NCBI RefSeq assembly: GCF_964188315.1
Contig: NC_135657.1
Span: forward strand, 85,436,001 to 85,500,000
Length of the DNA: 64,000 nucleotides
Origin: Podarcis muralis
Taxonomy: Eukaryota
Reading direction: 5' to 3'
The stretch's first letter is position 1, and the number at the start of each line of letters is the position of its first letter. Shown here piece by piece: positions 1 to 14,045 of this stretch. A program made the translations under genes and the position numbers. The notes under the pieces were generated by a model. That model was not told where the DNA came from, searched no databases, and saw only the letters and a program-made list of their open reading frames with translations.

Positions 1-713
1 GAATATGCCAGGGAAGTCCTCCGAGGGTGTATATGCACCTGCGGGCACTGCAGTGGCAACCCACTAATTTTATAATGCCAATAATGAACTGCATAGGATG
101 GAATAAAGCATAAGTTTGGCAATCCATGATATAATGCCATTAATGAACTGTTTAAGATGGAATAATGTGTAAGGGCATTTCTTTAAAAAAACGTTTTTTC
201 ACAAGTGTTGGAACTTGTTCCAATAGAAGTGTGTTGTCATAACTTTGGAAGCACTTCCTTCTTGCATGACCCAGCTGAACTGGTCCATTTCAATCAAATG
301 TTCAAATAAAGCTGATTGTTCATACTGTAACATTCACCTTTCATTTACATCAATTTGCTTATGATTCCTATTTAAGAGGTTAGCAAGCAGTAAAATTAAA
401 GAACAAAAAAAGACGTGCTCTGAGTTTTTGATGGGTAAAAAAAAAACATTAAATCTACACACTTGCCAATTTTTCTGCTTAAAACAAATGACAAGGACGG
501 TTCAGGAACACAGTGGGAAGATAGGACTTACGGAGTTTCGTCACAAAAGCAAAACGTTTTTGAGACCTAATATATTGGCTGCAATCAAACTGTAGGCTGA
601 GGGTGGGTCTGCATGGACCCATCTTATTTCTATGATTGTTGGTTGTTTTAAACTGTTTTTAATATGGTGTGTTGAAGCTGCCACCTACCCTGTGACCTTT
701 GGGTGAAGGGCAG

Positions 714-715
<2 letters not shown>

Positions 716-758
<43 letters not shown>
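716..758 (+). repeat. (AAT)n microsatellite, tail of a short L2/SINE-type 3' end fragment
   Basis: Pure AAT run preceded by gctgccacctaccctgtgacctttgggtgaagggcagg, which resembles the 3' tails seen at 38140 and 23130. Confidence 0.85.
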
Positions 759-759
<1 letters not shown>

Positions 760-3700
760 TTGTAGTAGTAAGAATAAGAATATTGCTATAGTTGGATCAT
801 AGAGGACAATCTTTATCATCATTGGGGCTGAGGGAGAGAAGGAAGGACTGAATCCAGCCCCCAACTCTTTGACTGCCAATGTTCTTACAGGGTCTATGAT
901 AGTGTTGTCTTCTGGATCTGAGGAGGAAGTGGGTGTACAACACCACTTTTGTGCACAGTTTCTTATCCAGCTAGAAATACGTAATAGAAGAGAAAGTTTA
1001 AGAGAAGAACACCATGGGTCTCGTGTACATCAAGAAAGCACCGTCCAATAAAGTGGGGGAGAAATTAGCAGGAATTTCCTGCTGTCCTGCTGGGTCCTGG
1101 AAGTATGCCTGCAATCAAAAATGTAAAACAGCCCATCTTAGGCACTCTAGTGAATTAGCGAGCTATTGTACTTCATTTGATTTGCCGCCTGCTGTGTCAC
1201 TAAGGTACAGCAATAGAAAATAATACGTTGGCAGCCATTTGCATTTGAGGACTCCCAAAGGATAGATTCTGCAATGGTGCAGAATCAATAGTGAAGTATA
1301 TTTCTGCGCCGTTCTTTCCAGAAGACCACTTTTATTGTCCAACAAAATGGCCTTTAAAATCAGCTATATTGCCATTCCTGTGAAAGTCATTGCTCTTACA
1401 ATGGATGCATTGGAACAAGCTGGCTGAGACTGGTGCGAGAAATGGATGGCACAGGAAGCAGGCATAATCATGGTCATGTATGGAAAACGGACACTAGTTT
1501 AAGCAGATTCTTTTCACTAGGGATTAGAACAGGGCAGGGATGTATTTTCCCCTAGCATACAATTTGAGATAAATTTCTCCCAAGCATTCATATTCTCAAA
1601 GAGCTTATTCCCTAATCATGAAAACTAGTGTTATCTCTCCTTGGAAATAATAGGGAATCAGCTACCCTGTGTTTTAAATATTGTAATTTATTGTTTTATC
1701 AATGGAAGTATTATTGTATCCTGCCCTGAGATCAATTTGATATAGGGTAGGCTATAAATAGGTTTGCAGATGCAGTCTGAGCAATGAGGGAATGAGGTGA
1801 TGTTTTCCCAACATAGAGTTAATGGCCATGGAGAAAGTTACAGCTGTTGAATTTCCATCTGTTGAATTTCTGCCTATCACACAGCTGTTAAGGGCACAGA
1901 GATGGTTCCAAGAAAAGGCATTTTTACTCATTATACCCTTTACAGTATTCTCGAACTCTGTTTTTTCCTCATATATATATGTGTGTGTCTGTGTGTGACC
2001 TTTATTATTTTGCGGTCAGCATGTCATCTGATGGTGTTAATTTGCACTGTGGGAATCAAATGAGAATCAGTCAAAATCTTAAGACCAGGCATTCATATAC
2101 AACATGACAATTATTGCAGTAAAACAAAGGACATGCAGTTTGTTATGTGCGCCGAAGCTTTAAAAATAAAATATTACATAGATTGAGTTTCTTCTTTGTA
2201 TGCAATCGTGTGCTGTTGATATAGCAAAACTACTTACATCGCATTGCTTGTAACATGATTAACTTTCAATATTTTTTAAAAACAAATGTTTATTGGTATT
2301 TAATACAAAGACCATTAAACACTTATCCAGCCGTACATCTAATGGTGTTTGTTCTATCTTTTAGACATAAGCATATACACTGAATGTTCAAACCTATTGT
2401 TTAACATAACCTCTCCACTGAGAAGATTGTTATACCAACTGCTCAGGGTCTTGATTTGGGTCATCAACATTTCTTGGAGAGGTGTCTCTTTTCATTATGC
2501 CTTTAATTGTCCTCCTGTGACTGGTGGGATGCTCAGACATGGTTATTACTCTCCCATGGTTGGTCCCACACCACTCCTGATAACATTTGAAACTTTCACT
2601 CATGTGGTTAAATGTGGCATGTGGGCCCCCTAGCCACGGATGGCACTGAAAATGTCATGGAAGCTGTCATGAGAGAGCAATTACCTGCCTTCCTGGTATA
2701 GTACAAGTTGGTGCCAAAGTTTCATGTTGGTTTCCCACCCCCCCACCCCTAAAAGGAGGAACTAGTGCAGAATGACCTCGTTGGTTTAGGATCAGTGGCT
2801 GATGATGGTCCAGAATTCTGGTGGGTCACAGCAGCTCTACCCACCAGCCCTGTACCTTTCTCCTGGTAAAACCTCCTATAAGCAACACTAAGGCTACTTG
2901 TAGATGAGAAACCATTAATATGAGAGAATATGCTTCTATTGTGCCTTGTCTCAGGTGGGATTGCCAACTTCCTTCAAGGCAGAACAGCTCCGTAACGCAT
3001 AGGCATTTTATTATTCATTATTATTTTATTCATTAGCAGTAGTTCTAGACCACCCACTAATCAAGTTTTCTGTGGACAAATAGCAAGAGAGAAATTCAAT
3101 GACGAACTGAGGTTTTTTTAAATTGTTGGGCTATCCTTTCGAAATGGCTTAGTGTATGTTAATCATAAGGCTGCATTGATTTGTTTTGTTGTGATGCGCT
3201 TTGAACATATTTATGGAAAAGGGACATATAAATGTAATTATTAAATAATGAATAAAAGACCATTGTATGCCATAACAAGTATATATAATGCAGCAGTTCA
3301 AAGATAATGACAGTAGCAGCGAATAAAAACAACAATCTCAAATTCTCAAGCAAGACCAACAATATTTTAAGCCAATTTTAAATGGCCTTGGAAAAGAAAA
3401 TAAGGCACCCAACATCTCTGGGAAGACCATTCTGCAGCCACCAGTGAAAAATCTCTTTCCCCAGTAACCACCCATTGCACCTCACTTGGAGACTCATGGG
3501 AAAGGGCAAACAAGGAAGACCTCAAAGCCTGGGTTGGTGGGTGATGGAAGAAGCAACTGTTCAGGTAACCTGGTCTCAATCAGGATGTGGAGATTTTCCT
3601 GCCACTGGGTGTTAATGCTGAGAGAAGTTGTTGCATGCACTGGAGCCTCACCAGAAAAAATAACTTGGTAACGCCATGAAGGATACTTTACATGTGAAAT

Positions 3701-4136
3701 ATTTTGCATCAAAACAGTACATTAGATTAAATAACCCTCTGATGCAATTATTTCAGTACAAACTATTTTTAGGGTAATGGAATTAACGCAGATGAATATA
3801 CCTTTGAAATGATGTGATACAGAAATGGTTTCCGATGTACAGTTTTAAGAGAACACCATCTGTTAAGTGGCTATTATAAAAAGTACAGAAAATGGCGCTA
3901 TTTAAATGGAATTGAATAAATCCAAAAGTCTGAGTTAATGAATCACTAAAAGATGAATCACAATCATTACTTCAGAAATAGTTATCTGTTACCATTACAG
4001 CTATTAATGCAATGGTAAATGGAATACAGTGGAAGAAGGCTGCGGAAGTCAGAACAGGAAATCTATTTGTAGAGCTAGGTTGCTGGTCACTTGCTAATTC
4101 ATTTAAAGTATGCAATTTGGGGAATATTGCATAGGA

Positions 4137-4340
4137 CAGTGGTACCTCGGTTTCCAAATGCAATCTGTTCCGGAAGACCGTTCGACTTCCGAAACGTTCA
4201 AAACCTGAAACTCAATAGCTGACAGCTAGAACTCAGGATCTTGCATTCAGCAGAAGCCGTGATTCCTGTTCGACCTCCAAGGCACATTCGAAAACTGAAA
4301 CGTTCGACTTCAGAGGTATTCGAAAACTGAGATACCACTG
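4137..4340. mobile_element. Tigger/pogo-type (Tc1/mariner) MITE, subfamily A
   Basis: Terminal inverted repeats cagtggtacctcgg ... ctgagataccactg with TA at the right flank; internal ttcgaaaac/ttcgacttc motifs shared with 6345-6525. Confidence 0.85.
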
Positions 4341-5690
4341 TACTACAAATGTAACTAGACTATGAAGTAAAGGGAAGTGCCATAGGAGGCTGTGAGTCAG
4401 AAATCCTTGCAACTCACTAGGAGACCTACGAATAGATCCCAAACTCCCTTCTCCGCATCTCTTGCTTGTATCACCCAGATCTCTTTAACTGATTTGAAAA
4501 AGGTGGCTTTATATTACTCATCTAGCAAATATAAACCTATGAAAAAAGCAGATAATGTTGAGCAGGTATCCAGCAATGTACATCCAAATATGTACTTTCA
4601 GGAAGCTAGATGTTAGGAAGCAGAATGTCCGTAGAATGTGAAACTTCTTGTGGAGTGTTTTCTTCCTTCATAGCTGCAGTTTGGATCGACAGACATTCCC
4701 CATTTCCACATATAGCTGAGAACATGGCTAGCCCTGCTAGGTATTATCAATGGTCTGCATAATTCAGACTCCTCCCCACCCCCCAGTGCCTTTGGGAAGA
4801 TCACAAGCAGGACATGGAGGCAGTGGGGGCCTCTCCCACTGCTCTTTGCAGTGTCTGGCTACAGTCCTATTAATTTTACCAACTTTAACTGGAGCAAAGC
4901 AAATATGAAAATTAGAACTGCTAGGTTTAATTGATTCACCAGTTAGACTCTGTTAAAAGTAGCTGATTTTTAAAAACCCTTTTATTCAAAGTAGAAAAAC
5001 TGCCCTTGATTAAATTGGGAAGTTTTTTAAAAAAATTATGTATAATACAAGTGCTTATCAAAACTGCAGGTAAAAAACACAATCTTTCCAAAGAGTCTTT
5101 TGCCCTTCTCTCTCTCATTGGACGGATTCCCTCTTCTTAGATGGCACAACACATGTATGCATGTAAAAACAAATAAAATATGCTTCCTGCTTGAGAAATA
5201 TTTTTGTACTCATATGCAAAGGCATGTAAATTTAATCAATAGATTACTTGATCAAGTAAAGGTCATTCATTGATTAAAATTCATTTAATCAGGCTGCAGC
5301 CCTAATTAAAAATGTTTACTGTGTTTCAGTGTGAAAACTGTAATAATCCAATGGTTTATTATTCAGAAGGCTCTCTTAGATAATTACAAACTAGGAAATG
5401 AACAGATTATTAGCTGCTATAAAGATATATTTGGCTATATGAAAGAAGTGGTAAAACAAGTTATTCCCCTATTCCCATAATATGAGGTGAGCTGACATGA
5501 ACTTCAGACTTCCCCTACCTACTCACTGATAGACCAATTAGTAATTATGGTAATAAATTATTACTATTCACAACCTAGCCTGTCAGGGTGATATCCCAGA
5601 GCTTAGCAGAAGAACCAAAGCAACAAGACATCAGAAGGCTGACAGAGACTATAAGCAGCAGGAAGGAAGGTTTTCAAGCTTCAAATCTGA

Positions 5691-5875
5691 GTTGGTTGGC
5701 ATCCTTCTATCTCGGGAGACAATGGAGGAGTGTGCCTTTGGGGGTGAGGTCAAGCTGTTGGAAGGTTGCAGCGTCTGCTGTGGCTGTAGAAACAGATGCG
5801 GAAGAGACATGTTTTGTTGCAGCTGGGGCAGATGAAGGCGTACAATTGTGCTTCTGCAGATGCACCATGGCGTTT
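5691..5875 (-). mobile_element. RTE-clade LINE 3' end fragment
   Basis: Minus strand translates YAFICPSCNKTCLFRICFYSHSRRC, the C-terminal zinc-finger-like motif of RTE ORFs, followed by a short 3' UTR ccattgtctcccgagatagaaggatgccaac. Confidence 0.7.
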
Positions 5876-6344
5876 CTTCTCTCTGTGCTCTATTTATCAA
5901 ACATGATTATCTGTTTATCTAACTTTGCCACCTATATCTTAAGCCTATAATACTATATGTACTATAATATTATACCTACTTACCTGTGAATAAGTCCCAC
6001 TGAACGAAGTGGAACTTACTTCTGTGTAGATAAGGGATGTGGAACCTGAAGCCCTCCAGATGTTGTTAGACTTTGATTCCCATCAGCCCCAGCCAGCATG
6101 GCCAGTGGTCAGGTATTATGGAAGCTGGAGCTTCACACCCCTCTTGTAGATGTTTCTAGGACTGCACTACCAAACTCATGAAGAATTGCTTTTCAAGAGA
6201 CTTAGTGAAAAGACCACTATGGAATATCTTGTATTTTAAAACTCCTTCTCCTTTTCTGATGTGGATTAGTTTTAGGATAAATGAAAAACTGATCTGAATG
6301 TGACTCATTTGGCTCAAATCCACAATTTGTTTGCAAAATGAATA

Positions 6345-6525
6345 CAGTGGTACCTCGGTTTTCAAATGTAAGACCATTCAACTTCCGAAATGTTTGAAAA
6401 CACTCAGCGGAAGCCATTCGACTTCTGAGGGACATTTGAGAATGGAAGCATTTACTTCTGGGTTTTCGGCGTTCAAAAACCAAAACGTTTGACTTCCAAG
6501 AAGTTGGAAAACCGAGGTACCACTG
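6345..6525. mobile_element. Tigger/pogo-type MITE, subfamily A
   Basis: TA|cagtggtacctcggtttt ... aaaaccgaggtaccactg|TA: perfect TIRs and TA target duplication. Confidence 0.9.
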
Positions 6526-8914
6526 TACACAGATGTAGAAATGGGACAGTTCTTTGACACTTGGATGTTAACCATTTGGGGAGGACTTACCTGTCTCCAA
6601 ATGCAGAAGTGGCAAAAGATCTCACTCCGGTGGCCAATACCTTCCACCCCTAGGAATACACTGTTCTGTAGCATGCTTGCAAAAAATGTCTGCCACCTCA
6701 TAAAAAGGTTTGTCGCCAGTGCCCAAATCTGTGGTGGTGCCCAAATCTGTGGTGGTACATTCAGATTCTTATGCTTATTCTTTATTGTATTTAATAACAC
6801 CTTTCAGCTTAAACTCACAGGGCAGTTTACAGTATAAAAACACAAAAAATATATACCATAATGACGAACAAAACAATACCCCTTATTATAATAGGAAGTG
6901 ACTGGAAAAAGATGAACACGAGAAATGAATGAAATAATGAAACAAATGAAACAGCACAACGGATGCAATATTTAATAACCAAATGGCATTACACAACAAT
7001 AATACACAAACACACATACACACACCAGCTACTCTCTACAATGCAGAATCAACATTCTAGTCAGCTTCCTATGGTTCCATAGAGCCACTTCACAGATTTA
7101 CCTTCCGACAAGATATTACAGAATTGGAATCTTTCATCTGCCAATAAAGGTTACTGATTCAGGGTATATAGCGCTGAAGCACCTCCATCTTTCGATATTT
7201 GCATGCTTTTGCATGCTCTTCTCTTGCAAGGGCAAAGTGGACTCCACAAATGTGACTACAGCAGCTAGGTCACTCTGCTAGCATATGCTTTCACCAGGAA
7301 ATTTAACATGAATAAAGTTTGCTTTTGGTTTTGAGCTCCTTTTTCAGACTGTCACAGTCATATAACTCAGGGGTATCATTTTACCTGAACACTCTGTGCT
7401 GCAATACCTTCTGAGAGTTCCTTTTTTTTCATTTAAAAAAAGCATGTTGTGTTCATTCTCACTTTTCTTCTTCTTTCAGGAAACGAAGTCCCTGGGTTTT
7501 TCTTTTTTTATATAGTAATGAAGAAGTCAAATTACACCAGAGTTATGTATTAAATGAAGTTGGTAAAATATGAATAAGTAGGATATCCATGGTGTATCTT
7601 TCACAGATGAGCAAATTATATTCATGGTTCAGTGTCATTCATTCACTGGTTTATGGATCACAAAGTCCTTCAGGCAGTGTGACAAATCCACATAAAGTCC
7701 CTGAGTGAGAGATTTTGCATTCTGTAGATGTGTTAAAAAAAATATTCCCCATGTAGCTCCCTGTGGCTAGACATCTGAGAAATCTCAGGAGCATAATGTT
7801 ATTCCAGCTAAAGTTGGCGGTAATTTACACTCAATGAATTGGTTCCACGTCTGTCTGTTTCAAATTATTTGAGAGAGAAACAAGGCTTTGTGCTGAGTGC
7901 ATTTACCTTTGGTCAAATTGTGCTTTGTACAGGAGATTTGCCATCACAAATGAAGATTATGTGTAAATAAACTGAGCACCTCATTACTATTTCCTCCCTA
8001 CCCACACCATGTTACTGCTTACAAATGGTGGGAGCTTAACTCCTTACTGGGAAGTCTTTTGGCTGTTCACCTGTGACTTACACAGTATAATGCAATGCTA
8101 GAAAATGGAAAACACAACTTCCATCCTCAATCTACTGACATGTGCCCACAACACTGTTAGGATTCAATAAGCCAGTAAGATAAGGAATATACATAGCAAT
8201 AAAGGTCATTGAAGGTTGTTAGTATTTCAGATAACTCAATGTACATATATTCTTGTTGCTTTGAAACACATGTATTCTTATTTGCTAAGTATCCATTAGC
8301 TTGAACATAATTTTAGGAGAAGTATAAAGGCCTTTACTGATATTAGCAGTATGTTCTTTCTATACATATCAGAGACAGGGATGATGAAAGATCTCTCTAA
8401 ATGAAAGATTAACCATTTATGTAATTTGTTTTGTTTATTGTTAATGTCCTGATTGAAGGTTAGCTTACTGTACAGGATAATTTGTAGAGTTACTCTGATC
8501 TGACTGTGAAGATGTCATGTCATAGCTTACACGGAATGTACAATGTGGAAATAGTTATGCAATTAATATGATGTATACTGTTTGTGATAGAGTATAAAAG
8601 CTGTGTGAAACTTGTGAGCATTATAGTACCCATCACTTACTGGAAAGTCCTTTACTGTTAATAAAAGTGTAACGTTTCACTTGAATATTGTCCCTGTTTT
8701 CTTATTTAATTCCCTACCTGGGCGAACCTGTGGTTTTGGCCATTCCCTTCACACACTCATAGAAAGCACCCCAGTATCCAGAAAAAGCAAAATACCTGCT
8801 CCTTCAGGGGAGTGCCACTTCAACCACAAAAGGTTGAACAGCCTCACCGAGATCACCAGTATTTTTGGCTAACAGCATCACAGTCTTGTCTGGATTAGGT
8901 TTTAGCTTGTTAAG

Positions 8915-9074
8915 TCATAGTGCCAGTGGACAGGCTTTGCATTCAGAAGGTTCCAGATTCAGTTTTCAGCAGCCCCAATTAAGAAAATACCTGCCTTAGA
9001 CACTAAATAGCTACTGGCAGTGAGGACAAAAGAATAGGGCTGGATGGACCAATTATTTGACTTAGTAGAAGGCA
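8915..9074 (+). mobile_element. degenerate tRNA-derived squamate SINE
   Basis: gctttgcattcagaaggttccagattca head remnant and ctggatggaccaat...gacttagtagaaggca tail; a similar reversed copy lies near 36550-36670. Confidence 0.45.
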
Positions 9075-10918
9075 CGTAACATGACAAAGACCCAGCAACT
9101 CTCTACTTTATGCATAACCAGGAGCTCTAATAAAGGGAATAAGCTGTCTTTGTCCAGCTGGAGTCAAACAAATGTAGTAAAAGCACCAGGCGTAAACCAC
9201 TGACCGCATGCACCAATCCATGGGTGAAATTCAGCTGGTGTCCTGTTGCTCACAGAAGGGCTTTTGATCCAGCAGAGGTGTCTGATAATGAAGAGGAGGT
9301 GGGACGATATTTTGCTGATTTCCCCTGCAGCCCCCAAATGCCACCTTCTACCACGTTCTGAAGGATCCTCCAAAATATCTGGAGCTGTCTTATTTATGTG
9401 GTGGTGGTGCTACACAGGGTGGAGAAGCTGTCAACAATCACTTCCTCTCTCCTTCTGCATGGGGCTCAACTGCTGATCCATGAGGTCAAGGGCATCAACT
9501 GGATTCTACCCCATGATTCAGCAATATGAGAATTTCACCTGATTCCACCCCACCCCCCAAGCTTGGGTATTTGAGACCTTGAATGGAAATATAGGGTTGT
9601 ATCCAACTAAGTTGTCCTGTTGGCGCAAGGGCATATGCCTGTGCAGTGGAAATTTCCTTCCCTCTCCTTCCCCCATGCACCCCGCTAAATCCCCTAACTT
9701 TATGGAGCCAACTGGGGAAGCACAGGAAGAAAAGAGGAAGGGGAAGTCCCACTGTACAAGCATAAGTCCTTGCATACATGGGACAACTTGTTTGGCTACA
9801 ACTTACAGTTCACAATAATGTGTCTGCACTATCTGCATGCCCTACAATTCTGGAATGACTCTATGATGTAAGGGAAAAGCTGCAGCCACTACCACTTTCT
9901 GTTACATCTCCACAACTTAGAAACTCCCCTATCATTTGTTTCCGCTCCCTTTTGACCCTCTGCTACCCTGAAATTCAAGCCAAGGGGGTTGTACTGAAAG
10001 AACTGTAAATACAGTTCTTGTTAATATATTACCTAAAACGCTTCATGTTTCCAAATTCCATTATCTTTTTCACAGTGCCTTATCTGTTTGGGAGGCTAAT
10101 TGTTATGGTTGTACTCTGTAGCAGGTTTGCTAGTCAAATTACTCAATACATACAACTCATTTATAATATACACCTACAAGGTCTCACAAGTTAATGGTAT
10201 GAAGGACTTGCGAGATATGGAAACACTTGTGACATGTGTCACTGAAAAGCAACTCATTTTTTAAAACAAAATTAAGGGGAGAAATGAGTATGGTATAAAA
10301 AATATTACTCTGATTTGCTTCAGACTTCCTGAATATATATTTTGCCTGTTCCAGAATTTTTTTTTTTTAAAAAAAACATTTTTCTTCAAATGTTTTGATG
10401 GTTCTAAAGGCACAATTTACATAAATTCAAGCATCCTCGAGTTGCAATGTGTATGACCTATTTTGCTAGGGTATTATGTCTGTGTTGTTATATTTTACCA
10501 TTAATATGCACAATTATAATTGGAAGTTTGGGTTACATTAAAGGGGAAAAAATTAATGTTGAAAACCAGCTCAAATCAGAAATAAACCTTTGAAGCTTAA
10601 AGTATTTATAGTAAAAATAGTCACAATTATAAGAAGCATACAGAACCATGGAAAAGTACATATTTCTGTAACAGTTGCTTAAGCCTCAAACTGACCTGTA
10701 TATGAATTTTCTGTTCTGTCACCTCCTTGTTTCCTCGACTTACAGTGCAATCTCATACATGATTACTCAGAAGTCAGCCCCAGTGATTTCCGTGAAGCTT
10801 ATTTCTATGCACTTTAAATGGATATAGAATGGCAGCCTCACACAGTTAACTTCTTAAGGCAATCATTCCTTCTGACAACAACACTGTATCACGACCAAGG
10901 AGAAGGGTCATTATAGAG

Positions 10919-11150
10919 CAGGGGTCAGCAACCTTTTTCAGCTGTGGGCTGGTCCACCATCCCTCAGACCATGTGGTGGGCCGGACTGTATTTTGAAATA
11001 ACAAATGAACAAATTCCTATGCCCCACAAATAACCCAGAGATACATTTTAAATAAAATGACACGTTCTACTCATGTAAAAACACGCTGATTCCCGGACCG
11101 TCCGCGGGCTGGATTGAGAAGGCGATTGGGCTTCATCCGGCCTACCCTTG
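10919..11150. mobile_element. hAT-type MITE
   Basis: Begins caggggtcagcaacc, ends acccttg, flanked by a perfect 8-bp target duplication ttatagag (10911-10918 and 11151-11158). Confidence 0.85.
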
Positions 11151-13857
11151 TTATAGAGCATATGCTTTACCTGCAGATGGTTCCAGGTTCAATCATAGGG
11201 CTGAAAGGATCTAGTCCTCGCCACAGAATACTGGATGCAGTTGGATGTTCCTTTACAGATGGCCACCCAACAGTTCCCTTCCCTGTTGAACTTCAGGCAT
11301 CTGCTCAAGTTCTTTTTTTAAAACCCCAGCAGGATTTTTAATGGAATTCTGATTTCACCGTGTCAGCTCTTTTTAGTTCTATTTTATTGAGCCTTCTGTA
11401 AACCCCTTAAAGACTGTAAATTAAGCAGTATATAAATTGTAAAAATATACATATCATACAGAACGGACACCCTGATAAGACTGTATCTGCAGAAGGCCCT
11501 CTGCAGCAGAATGCAGTGATCAATTAAGGAGTGAGAGAATATTTTAGGTATCTGAGCATAAGTGATAGTAACCAGTTAATTATTGCATATAACAGTATAC
11601 TCTCTGGGAAATGATATTTTACTAATAAACTACTATTCCTTCAGAGAACCAGGAGTTTAAAAATAGACATACTTAGAGTGACTTGTTTTTTTTTTTGCAA
11701 ATGTCTCATATCAAATTTGTAGGCATAATATTTACAGCACAGCAAAGCTTTCAGCCCACTGCTGTCTTAATTCCTTTTCACAATTATCCATATCCCTTAT
11801 GCTAAATGAAATAGTCTGATAAAGAATCAAAGGTGGTAAACAAAAACAAAAAAAGGACACAAAATAGGCAATATTTAATTTTTTTCTCATTTTAAATGCT
11901 AATGGCACAAAACATTTTTTTTAAAAAATGTAAGTCACTAGCTAACTATGAATGATAATCCATTTTTTTCTTAGGGTGTATAGCCAGAAACTCACTATGA
12001 GTCACCTCTCATCTGTGATAGAGAAAGCATATGGGGTTGCAAATGCTGGGAGATCCAGAGCTGAAATGCAATATCTATTTTTCAAGCACGGTTTAGAACA
12101 GTTTCACACCATTACTTTCAAGGGTTATGAGTCTATTACATGTCCATTAGGGCACTTACCAAAGACAAATCAAAGAATTATATCTGCAATTCATGCCTGT
12201 AATGGGTGAGGACTCAACAAGAAGTTCCAGATGGCAAATGAATGAAAAACCTGTTTTGGGGGGAGAAAGACAACAAACTTTGGATTTTGAACATATGTGA
12301 ACATTCAATGTATCCGTCTTCTCAGCGACAGTGTGGCGATTATTTGACATTATATAATCACATCTTCCTAAAACAGGCACAAGCAGGCAAATCGCAGAAG
12401 CTCAGCCGCTGAGATGTAGCATAGCTCTAGGTCTAAATACTCAGCCCAGTGATGCATCACTAAAATTAAGTGCATTCTAGATCACATCCATTCACCATAG
12501 TTATATATCTGAATGCAGATGTCTTCATATGAAGGACTCTGCAAATCGTGTCCTTAGCTAACCAGTAATACAGAAAATTCCATGAATATTTCCACCATGT
12601 GACTAAAAGCAAAGGCTGCCTGATTTGTGAACAGGGACTTCTGAACATTCATGCATTTTACTCAGAGAGAGAAGGAGAGAAATATTCACATTTACTTATT
12701 TGTATCTAGGCATCAGACAATCACAAACAAAGGGAACTACATTCCTGTATAAAAGCAACACGAGTTAAAAATAAATAAAAATTGCAAAAACCCAAGTAAG
12801 AAAACAAACAAACAAACACAAAATGCTGACAATACACAGCATTTTACATTAAAAAAATTCAATTGGAAATCTCAAGCTGAGAAATGAAATAAAGATGTAG
12901 TAACCATTTCTAGAGGGCTAGAGGCATCAGGCTGTTGCAGCAAAATCAGCAGAGAGCCTTGTGGCACCTTAAAACTAATACATTTCTTATGGCATAAGCT
13001 TTCCTGGACTAGTGTCCACTTCATCAAATACATAGAGTATTCTAAGTTGTAAGTATATATTTTTGATCTCTCTCTCTTTCTCCCCATCTTCTGCCATCCC
13101 CCCACCATACACATGCAAACACACCCATACACATATATGCATGTACAGTTTTTGAGGACGAGGAATTATCTTTCCTTCAACCTGCAAAAGAGGTAATGCT
13201 GGAATGAGAACTGCTCTTGAGACAATAGCCACAGGCTTCCAGCATAATGTCTGGCTACTTTTCCTCTTCACAACTGTGCATTCAGTTGTCAGTCTTAAGC
13301 AGTCTAGAGTCACTCATGGATACCTGCTGAGAATGTATGTGTACATAGCCAATTAAAGAAGTCATTGCAGATCCGCCATCTAACTTGTGACCAGTTAATC
13401 AACTCCATTTAAATACAGCTTCAATAAAGATGTTGTTTTGGGATATTGGGTTGGCTGCAAAGAATTGCAAGAGGAATGAAAACAGATACAAGTGCTGTCC
13501 CACAAACATGCCTGAACACATCTGAATGAGTGTTTACGCCTGTTCCAGAGTGGTTCTTACGCTTTCATTTGGGCAAGTGGTTGTGGAAACTCTTGAACAA
13601 GAGAAGGAACATTGCTGGAAATCCTGTTTGCAGCTGCCTCAAATATGAACCTATCACCCTGGGTAATGGCATATTCTCAAGTTCTGGACTGGCTCATATT
13701 ACCCAAGCTAACCACTGGATCCTACTGAACAGGAAGGTGTATAAAGCACTTCCTGTCTCTGCCGAGAGAGTGACTTCCTGGTTTGTTGGCTCTGACTTCT
13801 GGATTGCCCCTCAGTCCTGACCCCCTGGCACAACCTTCATTCCCTCTGACTGCTATG

Positions 13858-13908
<51 letters not shown>

Positions 13909-14045
13909 TTATTATTTATACCCCGCCCATCTGGCTGGGCTTCGCCAGCCACTCTGGGCGGCTTCCCCAAAAAATACTGTAATACATCAAATATTAAAAG
14001 CTTCCCTAATCAGGGCTGCCTTCAGATGTCTTCTAAAAGTCTGGT

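Noticed and set aside
71-170. 59-bp-period imperfect duplication (tataatgcca.taatgaactg...gatggaataa)
   Set aside because: Only two degenerate units; no CRISPR-like spacer structure or other support for function.
995-1110. Possible terminal coding exon on the minus strand (AYFQDPAGQQEIPANFSPTLLDGAFLMYTRPMVFFS)
   Set aside because: Looks protein-like, but I could not assign it to any family.
6720-6756. 18-bp tandem duplication tgcccaaatctgtggtgg
   Set aside because: Ordinary local slippage duplication.
7102-7137. Possible 36-nt minus-strand exon (ggcag|...|gtaaat; DERFQFCNILSE or MKDSNSVISCRK)
   Set aside because: Splice sites are plausible, but I recognise no homology and cannot chain it in phase to other candidates; such short exon-like strings occur by chance.
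12160-12196. Possible 37-nt minus-strand exon with a strong gtaagt donor (GMNCRYNSLICL)
   Set aside because: No recognisable protein, and its phase is incompatible with the 7102-7137 candidate; needs RNA-seq or conservation data.
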